A stretch of DNA of 64,000 nt from Verrucomicrobiia bacterium (GTDB lineage Bacteria > Verrucomicrobiota > Verrucomicrobiia > JADLBR01 > JAIBCM01). The stretch spans positions 328,068-392,067 of the forward strand of contig JAWLBA010000001.1 in the NCBI GenBank assembly GCA_041395165.1, in the 5' to 3' direction. The position numbers were made by a program, and so were the translations under genes. Below the pieces are notes generated by a model, which was not told the origin of the DNA, did not search any database, and saw nothing but the letters and a program-made list of their open reading frames with translations. Every line of letters starts with the position of its first letter. Positions within the stretch are counted from its first letter, which is position 1. Shown here piece after piece: positions 28,841 to 38,212 of the stretch.

Positions 28841-28866
28841 TCTGTGAACTCTGTGGTTAAGAAATT

Positions 28867-31110
28867 ATGAGCAATCGAAAACGAAAACGAAATCATCAAG
28901 AAGTCAAAGATGGAATGAGCGGCGTTTTAAAAGGAGCCTCTCAACGAATCGGAAAAAAGAAATTTGCTGAAGCCCTAGCCTTGATGGATAAAACCGCTGC
29001 GCACGAAGAACTTTCCAGTAGTCGACAATGTCAACTAGCCGCTTTAGCGGGTGATATTGAGTTTAAGCAGGGAAAATTTGCCAGTGCTTTTGAGATTTAT
29101 AACAGGGCAGAAGTCCTTGCGGACGGCAACTTTGCAGGGCACAACAATCAGCGCATTTGGTTTCGAGCTGTTATAGGGCAAATAAGAAGTTTGCTCAAAG
29201 AAGTCAGGGTGCCGGAAGCTTATGATGTTGCTGTGAAGGCTTGGGCAAACGCCGTGGAAAAGTATGAAGCGCATCAACAGGAAATTAAAGAAGCGCAAAT
29301 AAAAATCCAACAAGGCGGAGTTTTGACGGTAAAAGAACGTCCGCATCGACCGAGTGTGGTGGGTGGACGTTTGGGGCAGCTCTTTTTGCAAGAAGGCGAA
29401 CTCGAAAGCGCTAAGGAGTTCTTTCTAAAAGCCATTGATTATAATCCCAATGGCGGTTGTCGGGCGCGAATTGGTCTAGCGCAAATCGCTTTGCGAGAAA
29501 ATAATTTCATCGAAGCTTTGCTTCGTGCCAATCAGGCGTTGGTTATGGGCAAGCTTAGCGCAAAAACTTTAGCTGCTTGGCCGCTTTATCTGACTGCTCG
29601 GCAACGCTTGGACCAAAAGAGTATAGAAATTGATCTGCTTAACACGCTCAATAAAAGTAAGCTCAAAGGGGTGAGAGCGCGGGCGATTCTTTCGATCGCC
29701 AGGACTTTGCGCAGTTATCATGATGAGAGTTGGAAAGCGATTGCAAAAAATTGGTCAGATGAAGAAGGAAAAACTCAGCCCATTATTGCGGCGGAGTTGA
29801 GAAAACTTTTTTTGAGCGAAGCAAAATTAAACAATCAAAATCAACAACCTGCTGCGGAAGCTTTATTGAAGACGGAGAAATTGAGTGCGAATGAGTATTT
29901 ATCTGCAGTCAAAGCTCGGTTGAAAGCACAACTGCAACAAGGCGAAGTTTCCGAAGTTAACGAATGGATCGATCAAGGCACAAAACTTTATGGGAACTAT
30001 TTTGCTGGTAAATTGCGTCATGGATTGGCTTTAATTTTTTGGCGCGCGCATAAAGAAGAGTTCGCTAGCACTTTACTGGAACAAAATATCGCCACATTGC
30101 AAAAGACAAATTCGCAGTGGGGAAAATCGGTCTGGGCATTGGCGCAACTCAAGCAGGATGAAAAGGATTATATCAAAGCATCCGAATATTTTGATGCGAT
30201 TACAAAAGAAGAAAGTGTGCCATTGCGATTTCGTCTGCAGGCAAAAATCAATTGGGTGAGTTGCTTGGTGGCTTCAGGGCAAACCGAGGTGATCGTGCAA
30301 GCGAAAGAAGAAATTTTGGCCGCCATTAATCAAGTGCAAGATTGGGAATTGCTCCTTAATTTTGCCCGACAACTTTTGAAAATTTCGCATGATGCAAAAA
30401 TCTTTTCACTGCGTCGCGAGATTGTGAAGCAAGGTGAAGCACTGGCTTGGAAAGCCTTCAATGACGCAACCCATCCCAGTTTGGCTTTAGACATTCTATT
30501 CAAATTGACCCGACGACAAGTTATCGATCTGCAACGTGTCGTGCACGCTGTCGAGCAATGGGAAAGTCTGCCCGAAAATAAACGAAACTGGCTTTGGAGC
30601 GAGAAAGCGATCTATTGGGAATATCTTTCCCTAATTTATCGTGCACTGGTGCGTTTGAAACGCGACGCAGAAGCTGAAAAATTGGCTTTGAACTATTTGC
30701 AAGATCCCGCAATACCAAGCGTAGGAGTGGTTATACTCGGCATCGCTCATGCAAAAACGTTGATCAAAAAAGAAGGCAGGCAAAAAGAAGCGCTTACTTG
30801 GTTTACCCAAATTAGTCAGGAAGCGCCGACCCATTGGCAATGCGCGCATGCCTATTACTGGCTCGCTTTGGTTGCTTGGAAAAAGGGTGATATCGTGCAA
30901 GCGCAAACCCAAGCCAAACGCATCCAACAAGCCTTGGGCACACATCAGCTTGGATTGGCTGAAGAATGGAACCTTTTTTGCCGTGCGGAATTGGTGTTAA
31001 GCGGCTTGGATATTGAAAAGGTGTTTCAAAAGCAAAGCTTATCTTATCGCAAAGAATTTGTCGAATGGGCGGCAAAATCGATTCAAGAGGATTTGGAGGT
31101 GTTGCCATGA
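28867..31110 (+). CDS. large alpha-helical TPR-like repeat protein, function unknown
   Basis: A 747-aa ORF with repeated A/L/Y-rich helical-pair segments (for example GKFASAFEIYNRAEVLADG and GELESAKEFFLKAIDYNPNG). No signal peptide. Confidence 0.55.
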   Translation: MSNRKRKRNHQEVKDGMSGVLKGASQRIGKKKFAEALALMDKTAAHEELSSSRQCQLAALAGDIEFKQGKFASAFEIYNRAEVLADGNFAGHNNQRIWFRAVIGQIRSLLKEVRVPEAYDVAVKAWANAVEKYEAHQQEIKEAQIKIQQGGVLTVKERPHRPSVVGGRLGQLFLQEGELESAKEFFLKAIDYNPNGGCRARIGLAQIALRENNFIEALLRANQALVMGKLSAKTLAAWPLYLTARQRLDQKSIEIDLLNTLNKSKLKGVRARAILSIARTLRSYHDESWKAIAKNWSDEEGKTQPIIAAELRKLFLSEAKLNNQNQQPAAEALLKTEKLSANEYLSAVKARLKAQLQQGEVSEVNEWIDQGTKLYGNYFAGKLRHGLALIFWRAHKEEFASTLLEQNIATLQKTNSQWGKSVWALAQLKQDEKDYIKASEYFDAITKEESVPLRFRLQAKINWVSCLVASGQTEVIVQAKEEILAAINQVQDWELLLNFARQLLKISHDAKIFSLRREIVKQGEALAWKAFNDATHPSLALDILFKLTRRQVIDLQRVVHAVEQWESLPENKRNWLWSEKAIYWEYLSLIYRALVRLKRDAEAEKLALNYLQDPAIPSVGVVILGIAHAKTLIKKEGRQKEALTWFTQISQEAPTHWQCAHAYYWLALVAWKKGDIVQAQTQAKRIQQALGTHQLGLAEEWNLFCRAELVLSGLDIEKVFQKQSLSYRKEFVEWAAKSIQEDLEVLP

Positions 31111-33077
31111 AAAAAACTATTTTAATTTTAAGCGTTTTGTCTTTCTTTGTTGCCCAAGCGGAAGAACCAGGCGGTCATTTTATTTGTGATGGTATTATAG
31201 AACCCGGTTTAAGTGTGAATGTGGACGGAAACATTACCCTTTGTCCTGGTGAGAGTGTTACTATTATTCCGCAAGTTACCACTTCAGATGGCACGAAATA
31301 TGGTCATTATGAGGATACCGATGAACAAGATAGCTTTGCTTTAAATTTTGATGATGTGGATGTGATTCCAGAGGAACTCACTTTTACCGCACCACAAAAT
31401 AATACGCTTTTTTGGATTAAGTCGGCTACTTTTAATGCTTATGGGCATTATGAGGATTGTAATGGTGGGATGCAAACGATTAAAGCTTATGACATGACAC
31501 AGATAACTTGCAAACCCTGTAAACCTGGAAAGTCAAAAGGCTCTGCTGGAAGTAATGGAGGCGGTGGAGGTGGGGGTGGCGGCGGAGGGGGAAATGGTGG
31601 GGGTGGAGGAAATGGTGGGTTAGGTGGTGGAGAGGAAAAGAAAGAAGAGGATTGTGATGCCCCTTCTCAACCTGATGAAGGCGTGGCAGAATTTATGGGT
31701 GGTGATGAGGGATGGATTGTTTGGCCAGCGCCTAACGGAGCCTGGAGCGAAGAAGAGAAAAATTCATCGACCTGGTTTTTGGCGACTCATCGTATTGTGA
31801 CGATTAACACACCGAAAGCACGCGATCTAACGGGAATCATCGCACTCAATAAAATTTCTGGTGACGAAAGTTGTATCAAACTGCTTTCGGTAAAAGATGA
31901 TGTGGAGTCGCCTTACAATTTAGGTAAACTGCTTCCGATTGTAGAGCCGGAACATAGCGGCTGTGGTATTCACGACTGGCATGCTGGAGGACAAACTTTT
32001 GGTTTTATTCCGGTGAAAGCGGGTCAGGTGGTTTTGGAGGCGGTAGTGGATCCCGATGAAGGATCACCCAAGAAAAATGCAAAATTGACGATTACGATTG
32101 CGGAAGTAGACAAGATTATTGTTAACTCGGAAAAATCGGGCAATGGAACGCAAGAGTTTGAAGGAAATAAAAAATGGGGGTTTGTGCCCGAGAAAAATCC
32201 TGACCCCGGCAAGCATTTGGTAGTTTTTTATAAGGATGTGATTAATGGTAATTTTGAAGTTCAAGATTTTGATGTCAACTTAGAGGCAAAGATAAATCCA
32301 CCCAATTTATCTGAAGACCAAGTGAATGAGAGTTGGTCTAAAATTTCAGGAGATTCTGGCCAACTTGATAAAAACGAAACCTTTAAGGTAAAATTGCAAA
32401 ATCTTCAAAAGGGAGGTGTTTACAAAGTTCAATTTGATTTGGGTATGGTTACGCTCCTCCCGAAGAGTGAAGCTAATATTGTGCTGCCTTTGGCCGGGGC
32501 AGAAGTAAAGGATATCGTGGAGGCTGATTTGGTAAAAGCGGATGCTTTTGCTGAGAAAGTGCTGGCAAATTATACTCCTGTTCAAATAAATAATCCTTTT
32601 AATGGCCTTAAATGGTTTAATAATAATGGTGCGGGAGATTATTTGGGGAGACCTGATAACAACTCCAATCCAACTGTGTGGCTTTATAATCAAGTGGATA
32701 ATAATGGGATGGGTTGTGTAGCGACTTGGTTTGAGGTTCCGGTTAGGACGGCTAAAATGAGCAATTTTATGGTGGCTTATGGGGCTCATAAGATTGGTGT
32801 AAATCCCGTATTGGCTTGGATGGCACAGGTAATTGGAACGTTTAATGACTCAGCTGCCTCGAAAAGTTGGGACGCAGGATGGGAAGTAGCCGAAGGCGCT
32901 AATTATGCGACTACTGCCCAGGCTTTGGTAAAGGATATTTTTGATGAAGCTGATATAAAAAATCAAAAAATATGGCCAAATCTGAGTCCTGTTTCGAATT
33001 ATGTGCTACACAATGCGGTATCAAATGTTAACAAAGAATTCTGTTCACCAGGCTTTACCGAAATGGAGAATCCTTAA
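31107..33077 (+). CDS. secreted protein with a Cys-rich N-terminal domain, a poly-Gly linker and a large unknown C-terminal region
   Basis: The start MKKTILILSVLSFFVAQAEE overlaps the upstream stop as ATGA. It contains GSNGGGGGGGGGGGGNGGGGGNGGLGGGEEKKEED. The track start at 31065 is probably too far upstream. Confidence 0.6.
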   Translation: MKKTILILSVLSFFVAQAEEPGGHFICDGIIEPGLSVNVDGNITLCPGESVTIIPQVTTSDGTKYGHYEDTDEQDSFALNFDDVDVIPEELTFTAPQNNTLFWIKSATFNAYGHYEDCNGGMQTIKAYDMTQITCKPCKPGKSKGSAGSNGGGGGGGGGGGGNGGGGGNGGLGGGEEKKEEDCDAPSQPDEGVAEFMGGDEGWIVWPAPNGAWSEEEKNSSTWFLATHRIVTINTPKARDLTGIIALNKISGDESCIKLLSVKDDVESPYNLGKLLPIVEPEHSGCGIHDWHAGGQTFGFIPVKAGQVVLEAVVDPDEGSPKKNAKLTITIAEVDKIIVNSEKSGNGTQEFEGNKKWGFVPEKNPDPGKHLVVFYKDVINGNFEVQDFDVNLEAKINPPNLSEDQVNESWSKISGDSGQLDKNETFKVKLQNLQKGGVYKVQFDLGMVTLLPKSEANIVLPLAGAEVKDIVEADLVKADAFAEKVLANYTPVQINNPFNGLKWFNNNGAGDYLGRPDNNSNPTVWLYNQVDNNGMGCVATWFEVPVRTAKMSNFMVAYGAHKIGVNPVLAWMAQVIGTFNDSAASKSWDAGWEVAEGANYATTAQALVKDIFDEADIKNQKIWPNLSPVSNYVLHNAVSNVNKEFCSPGFTEMENP

Positions 33078-33841
33078 TGAAAAAGTGGATGATTTTACAT
33101 TATTTTTTTATTTTTTGGTGCCCTGTAGCCAAATTAAATGCTCAGGATAAAAAATTTTCTGAGTATATTTCTGAGTTATGGCTTACAGGTAAGAAGCAAG
33201 AGGCTTTGTATATTGCTAACCAAAGGCTGCATAAAAATTCAAATGATCTAAGTGCTTGGCTTGTTAAACTAGATTATGAAATGGAGTTTTCTAAACTAGG
33301 CACACTTCCAGAAACGTTAGATAGATCAGCTAATTTGGCGGGGGCTACAACAACAACTAATTTTATAAAATATCAATCAATTATTGAATCAATGCCGGAA
33401 GTTATTAAGCCTTTAATTAAAACAATGCGGGAAATGAGCCCAGAAGACTTTGTGAAAGAACAAACAAAAGGTTTTATCACGAATAAGTCGCTATCTACTT
33501 TAATGGCTATTGAGGCCCTAGAAGCTGATGGGTTAGTAGCGCCGATTAGTAAAGAGGAAATGAAATTGCCAGATTTTCCAGAGCAAGAGGCGAGGGTAAG
33601 AGAAGTTAACGAAGTTCGAACGCAGACAAAAAAGAATAAGGCAACAAGTTTTGAGACAAATAAGGTCAGTTCACTCCCGTCAACTAATTTAATTCAATCG
33701 AAAACTAATCAAGCTATTAAAGAAAATAGCGCCACTGAAGAACTTAAGGAGAAAGTGAATTGGCTAAAATGGCCTCTAATTGTCATAGGATTAGGCTTGA
33801 TAGGATTTTTGTTGTTTCGTTTGGTTAAAAAATCAAAATAA
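33077..33841 (+). CDS. signal-peptide protein with a C-terminal TM anchor, function unknown
   Basis: The N-terminus reads MKKWMILHYFFIFWCPVAKLNA. The C-terminus reads WPLIVIGLGLIGFLLFRLVKKSK. Confidence 0.5.
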   Translation: MKKWMILHYFFIFWCPVAKLNAQDKKFSEYISELWLTGKKQEALYIANQRLHKNSNDLSAWLVKLDYEMEFSKLGTLPETLDRSANLAGATTTTNFIKYQSIIESMPEVIKPLIKTMREMSPEDFVKEQTKGFITNKSLSTLMAIEALEADGLVAPISKEEMKLPDFPEQEARVREVNEVRTQTKKNKATSFETNKVSSLPSTNLIQSKTNQAIKENSATEELKEKVNWLKWPLIVIGLGLIGFLLFRLVKKSK

Positions 33842-33852
33842 AGGAAGATAAA

Positions 33853-34377
33853 ATGAAAAAGTGGAAAATAATGTTTTTAAGTTGGATGGTGGGAAATTTA
33901 TTTTTGATTGCTACATGGGCGCAATCGATTGAGTTTGAAAAATGGGTAAAGTCGTTACCCGAAGATTCTAAAACTTTGATTGGAAAGGAGGAAACGGGCA
34001 CGCATTATTTTGCTTTTTTTCGTTTGCCAGACAATATTTTTGCCATTTATTCCTGCGATGATAAGCGAGCTAAAGAGCGTCTTCGAATGGGAAAGAGTAT
34101 AGTAAAAGACGAGCTTGGTTATAATGGTAAATTGATTGATAAAAGGGGCAATCCTGTCGTAGACGAAGAAGCGAGTATGACGGATGGCTATCACGTTTTG
34201 AAAGATAAGATGCTTAAATTGATGAGGGAAAATAATTCTTGGTATGTGAATTATATTCCCATTCAAAAAAACTTTCATGGGGTTATGAAATATTTTTATC
34301 AGGAAGAATTGAAATACCAAGGAGAGGTTGAACCCATTTCTTTAGAGTGGCAAACAAATCTGAAATGGGCTCGTTAG
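33853..34377 (+). CDS. secreted hypothetical protein
   Basis: Signal-like N-terminus MKKWKIMFLSWMVGNLFLIATWA. Confidence 0.5.
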   Translation: MKKWKIMFLSWMVGNLFLIATWAQSIEFEKWVKSLPEDSKTLIGKEETGTHYFAFFRLPDNIFAIYSCDDKRAKERLRMGKSIVKDELGYNGKLIDKRGNPVVDEEASMTDGYHVLKDKMLKLMRENNSWYVNYIPIQKNFHGVMKYFYQEELKYQGEVEPISLEWQTNLKWAR

Positions 34378-34395
34378 ATTTTACTCATTAAATGT

Positions 34396-34851
34396 TCAAA
34401 GCATCTCGCGTTTTTTTTGTTTGTTCAGTGCGGTTTCGTAAGCTTCGGTGAGAAGAGGTTTGATGGTTTGATCGAATGTGGTTGGGCTGGGGTTGAGGAT
34501 GCAAACCCAAAAAAGATGGCCGTAGATAGGGTGGGGTAAGAGTTGATCGAGAACGGTGAAGTCGTGTTCTGTAGTCGTGACATCGTCCGAGCTGGGAGGA
34601 GCAGGAGGTTGGCCGAGTAAGGAGTGATAGGTGGTTTTACTGATTCCGATGTTTAAACGGAAAACGTCAGGCCGATTTAGAAGGGAAACTTTGTCATAAT
34701 CGTCATTGGTGACCAGTGTAGCAAAAGGCATAGCGTGTTCGGGCAATGTGCCGTCTGGACTGTAGAAAAAGAAGTGGTTGCCATTTGAAGTGACAATGTG
34801 AATGTTTTCAAAGGTGTTTTTGAGAAATTGAAGAATCGAAGTTTCGTCCAT
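34396..34851 (-). CDS. hypothetical protein
   Basis: A 151-aa ORF with no motif I can name. Confidence 0.4.
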   Translation of the reverse strand: MDETSILQFLKNTFENIHIVTSNGNHFFFYSPDGTLPEHAMPFATLVTNDDYDKVSLLNRPDVFRLNIGISKTTYHSLLGQPPAPPSSDDVTTTEHDFTVLDQLLPHPIYGHLFWVCILNPSPTTFDQTIKPLLTEAYETALNKQKKREML

Positions 34852-34906
34852 GTTATTGAAAATAAAGGGATATGATTCTAAGTCAAAAGGGATATTGGGA
34901 TGTTCT

Positions 34907-35992
34907 TCATCGACATTGCGCTTTCCAGCGGAGCCAGTGGTCGATGAGGATGAGATTTGTCATGGCTTCGACAATAGGAACGGCGCGCGGAAGGACGCAG
35001 GGATCGTGGCGACCGCGTGCTTTGAGGATAGCATTTTTGTGTTGGGTGCTGACGGTTTTTTGTGCGGATGCGATGGTGGCAGTGGGTTTGAAAGCGATGC
35101 GAAAAATAATCGGTTCGCCGTTGGTGATGCCGCCTTGCACGCCGCCGCTGCGATTGGTGGCGGTGTGAACGTTGCCCTGGCGCATGAGAAAAGCGTCGTT
35201 GTGTTGGGAGCCGCGAAGTAGAACGCTCGAAAAGCCGGAGCCAATTTCGAATCCTTTTGTTGCGGGCAGACTCAGCATGGCTTTAGCGAGGTCAGCTTCG
35301 AAGCGATCAAACACGGGTTCACCCAAACCGGCGGGCGCATTTTTGATGACGCATTCGATAATGCCGCCAACGGAATCGCCTTGTTTGCGAACGGTTTCGA
35401 TGAGGCGAATCATTTTTTTTGCCAGCGTTTCGTTGGGGCAACGCACGGGATTGGCTTCGATTTGGCGAAAGGTAATTTTTAGTGGATCAAATTCGCCACG
35501 AAGAGTGTGAATTTGTTTTACATAAGCTAGCACTTCCAGTTTGGGAAATTCTTTTTTGAGCGCAATTTTTGCTACGGCAGCTGCAGCGACGCGTCCAATG
35601 GTTTCGCGCGCGGAGGAGCGTCCGCCGCCTTCCCAGTTGCGAAGGCCGTATTTAGTTTGATAAGTGTAATCGGCATGGGAAGGGCGAAAGAGGGTTTCCA
35701 TTTCGCGATAGGCTTCGGGTCGGGCATCGGTATTTTTGACCCAGACAGAAATGGGTGTGCCGAGAGTTTTATTACGAAAAACTCCGGAAAGAATTTCGCA
35801 GGTGTCGGGCTCTTTGCGTGGGGTGACAATGCTGCTTTGGCCGGGGCGTCGACGGTCGAGATCTTTTTGGATGTCGGCAGGAGTTAAGGAAAGTTTTGGT
35901 GGGCAACCGTCAATGACAACGCCTACACCCCCGCCATGGGATTCGCCCCATGTGGTGATGCGAAAGAGATGACCAAAACTATTGCCAGGCAT
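34907..35992 (-). CDS. aroC: chorismate synthase
   Basis: [28 protein letters not shown] and GRHDPCV. Confidence 0.95.
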   Translation of the reverse strand: MPGNSFGHLFRITTWGESHGGGVGVVIDGCPPKLSLTPADIQKDLDRRRPGQSSIVTPRKEPDTCEILSGVFRNKTLGTPISVWVKNTDARPEAYREMETLFRPSHADYTYQTKYGLRNWEGGGRSSARETIGRVAAAAVAKIALKKEFPKLEVLAYVKQIHTLRGEFDPLKITFRQIEANPVRCPNETLAKKMIRLIETVRKQGDSVGGIIECVIKNAPAGLGEPVFDRFEADLAKAMLSLPATKGFEIGSGFSSVLLRGSQHNDAFLMRQGNVHTATNRSGGVQGGITNGEPIIFRIAFKPTATIASAQKTVSTQHKNAILKARGRHDPCVLPRAVPIVEAMTNLILIDHWLRWKAQCR

Positions 35993-36208
35993 GAAGGCAT
36001 GTTACTTATTTTAAGGGGAAGAAGAAGAAAAAACATTAATGATAGATGGCAAGCGAAGCGCTTGCCCTACAATAATTGAAATGAATCGAATGGTTGTATT
36101 TGCGCAATTATTATAGTTTAGCTGAAAATGCTTATGAATAAAAAATTACGTTTTTAGGGATTTTTATTATTGCTGTGGGTTTTGCGGGAGTCACAAGCGC
36201 TTTGATTT

Positions 36209-37639
36209 TTGGTCGAAATTGAAGCAGCCGTCAGCAGCAGCGAGCAATCCCAAACCACGATTCAAGTCGATGATGGTGAAATCAATCGAGGTCAAGGAAT
36301 GGTGACCAGTTATGCGCCGATTGTGAAAAAAGTGTCGCAAAGTGTGGTGAATATTTTTACGACAACAACGATTCATGAAACGGATCAGGGGTCTCCATTT
36401 AGCGATCCTTTTTTTCAACAATTTTTTGGTTTTGATCCGTTTGGAGGGCAGCCACGAGAGCGGATTCGTAAGGAACAAAATCTAGGTTCCGGAGTGATTG
36501 TTTCAAAAGATGGATATATTTTGACGAATAATCATGTGGTGGATCGCGCGGATGAGATTCAAGTGGCCTTGCCCAATGTGAAAAAAACTGTGGACGCGAA
36601 ATTGGTAGGAAAAGATCCCAAGACGGATATTGCGGTTTTAAAGGTGGATGCACCGGATTTAGTGCCGATTCATTTAGGGAATAGTGATAAAATTGAAGTG
36701 GGCGATGTGGTGTTGGCGATTGGTAATCCGTTTAACATTGGTCAAACGGTAACGATGGGAATTGTGAGCGCTTTGGGAAGGCGAAATGTGTTGGATATGA
36801 ATACTTATGAAGATTTTATTCAGACGGATGCTGCCATTAATCCGGGTAATTCGGGTGGGGCTTTGGTGGATGCCGCAGGAAGGTTGATTGGTATTAATAG
36901 TGCGATTTTAAGTCGCACGGGAGGGAATCAAGGCATTGGATTTGCCGTGCCGATTAATTTGGCGCAAAATGTGATGAGTCAAATTTTGAAGGAGGGTCGT
37001 GTTATACGCGGTTTCTTGGGAGTGGGTATTCAAGAAATTGCTACTGATTTGGCGCAGGCTTTAAATCTTCCTTCAGAAGAAGGTGTGGTGATTACAAGTG
37101 TGGAGCCGCAAAGCGCTGCTGCGGAAGCAGGCTTGAAAGAGGGTGATGTGATTTTAAAAATGGATGGAAAGCCGATAGAAGACACGCAACAATTTCGTTT
37201 TACTGTTGGTCAGAAGGCGCCCAATGCGAAGATCAATCTTACGGTTTTTAGTAATGGAAAAGAAAAAAATGTGGATGTGATTTTGAAAGAGTTAAAAGAA
37301 GGTCCTGCGATCGCCAATGTACCAGCAAGAGTTCCAGAGAAAAGTTTTCTAGAGGGTGTGGTGATTGGCGATTTAAATGATGAGATAAGACGTAAATTGC
37401 AAGTGCCCCTGAATTTACAGGGTGCGGTGGTGATGAGTATCGATGAAGATGCTATTGCGGCGCAAGGAGGGAATGGATTACATAGAGGTGATGTGATTTT
37501 GGAGTTAAATCAACAATCGGTTAGTAGTGCGAATGATTTGGTTAAGCTGAGTTCCGATTTGGAAAAAAGGAAGCTGGTGCTGTTGCGAGTGTGGCGTCAA
37601 GGAGCGACACTCTTTATTACGGTTAATCTTGAATCCTAA
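36209..37639 (+). CDS. htrA: periplasmic serine protease DegP/HtrA with two PDZ domains; the signal peptide is apparently out of frame
   Basis: The catalytic triad context is present (TNNHVV, D in KTDIAVLK, GNSGGALV), followed by PDZ-like repeats. The ORF as given starts at a TTG and has no signal peptide. See the finding at 36134-36210. Confidence 0.9.
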   Translation: MVEIEAAVSSSEQSQTTIQVDDGEINRGQGMVTSYAPIVKKVSQSVVNIFTTTTIHETDQGSPFSDPFFQQFFGFDPFGGQPRERIRKEQNLGSGVIVSKDGYILTNNHVVDRADEIQVALPNVKKTVDAKLVGKDPKTDIAVLKVDAPDLVPIHLGNSDKIEVGDVVLAIGNPFNIGQTVTMGIVSALGRRNVLDMNTYEDFIQTDAAINPGNSGGALVDAAGRLIGINSAILSRTGGNQGIGFAVPINLAQNVMSQILKEGRVIRGFLGVGIQEIATDLAQALNLPSEEGVVITSVEPQSAAAEAGLKEGDVILKMDGKPIEDTQQFRFTVGQKAPNAKINLTVFSNGKEKNVDVILKELKEGPAIANVPARVPEKSFLEGVVIGDLNDEIRRKLQVPLNLQGAVVMSIDEDAIAAQGGNGLHRGDVILELNQQSVSSANDLVKLSSDLEKRKLVLLRVWRQGATLFITVNLES

Positions 37640-37651
37640 TCTTGAAGTTAT

Positions 37652-38041
37652 ATGGCGACTTATTTTTTGATAGGCTTGGGAAGCGCTTTGGGAGGAATGA
37701 GTCGGCATTTGGTTTCGGTTTGGTCGGTGAAACATTGGGGCATGGCTTTTCCTTGGGGTACTTTAATGGTTAATGTGTTGGGATCATTTTTGATCGGTCT
37801 GGTTTCAGTTTGGGTCACGAACGAAAAACGATTGTGGTTAGGTATCGAAATGCAACAGTTTTTGATGATTGGATTTTTCGGAGGGTTTACCACATTTTCT
37901 TCGTTCAGTTTGCAAAATTTAAATCTTTTGCAAGCCGGCCAATGGCAGCGTGCGTTAGTTAATATTTTTTTGAGTTTAACGTTATGTTTGTTGAGTGTGT
38001 GGCTGGGTTGGGGCTTGGGAAAATTAATTGGGTTTCGTTAG
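37652..38041 (+). CDS. crcB: fluoride ion channel CrcB/FluC
   Basis: A 129-aa, four-TM protein with GGMSRH and GFFGGFTTFSSF motifs. Confidence 0.9.
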   Translation: MATYFLIGLGSALGGMSRHLVSVWSVKHWGMAFPWGTLMVNVLGSFLIGLVSVWVTNEKRLWLGIEMQQFLMIGFFGGFTTFSSFSLQNLNLLQAGQWQRALVNIFLSLTLCLLSVWLGWGLGKLIGFR

Positions 38042-38212
38042 AGGGTTTCGTCACAAAAAACTTTTGTGCATTGTTCTAAACTATTGACAGCGCGGTGGAG
38101 GCATCGATCTTCGTCTGCCACGGCGAGTCGAGGATGACATTGGAGGTGAGCCATATTTCAGAAGAACATTTGGCAATTTTATGCCAGCGTTAAATCATTA
38201 AAAGAAATGATA

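Noticed and set aside
28710-28859. A 49-codon ORF (MKLFSSELKTNNNHERTRKG...) as a real small protein gene.
   Set aside because: It is not rejected outright. The region is dominated by nested RNA helices and a terminator, which explain the sequence better than a coding reading does. It is kept only as an alternative within the leader-RNA finding.
34850-35972. Several plus-strand ORFs, and one minus-strand out-of-frame ORF, overlapping aroC.
   Set aside because: They are shadow ORFs of chorismate synthase. Their composition (Ala/Gly/Arg-rich) reflects the aroC codons read in other frames.
37640-37651. A fluoride riboswitch (crcB motif) expected upstream of crcB.
   Set aside because: Only 12 nt separate the htrA stop from the crcB start. 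There is no room for the ~60-nt riboswitch, so crcB is probably co-transcribed with htrA.
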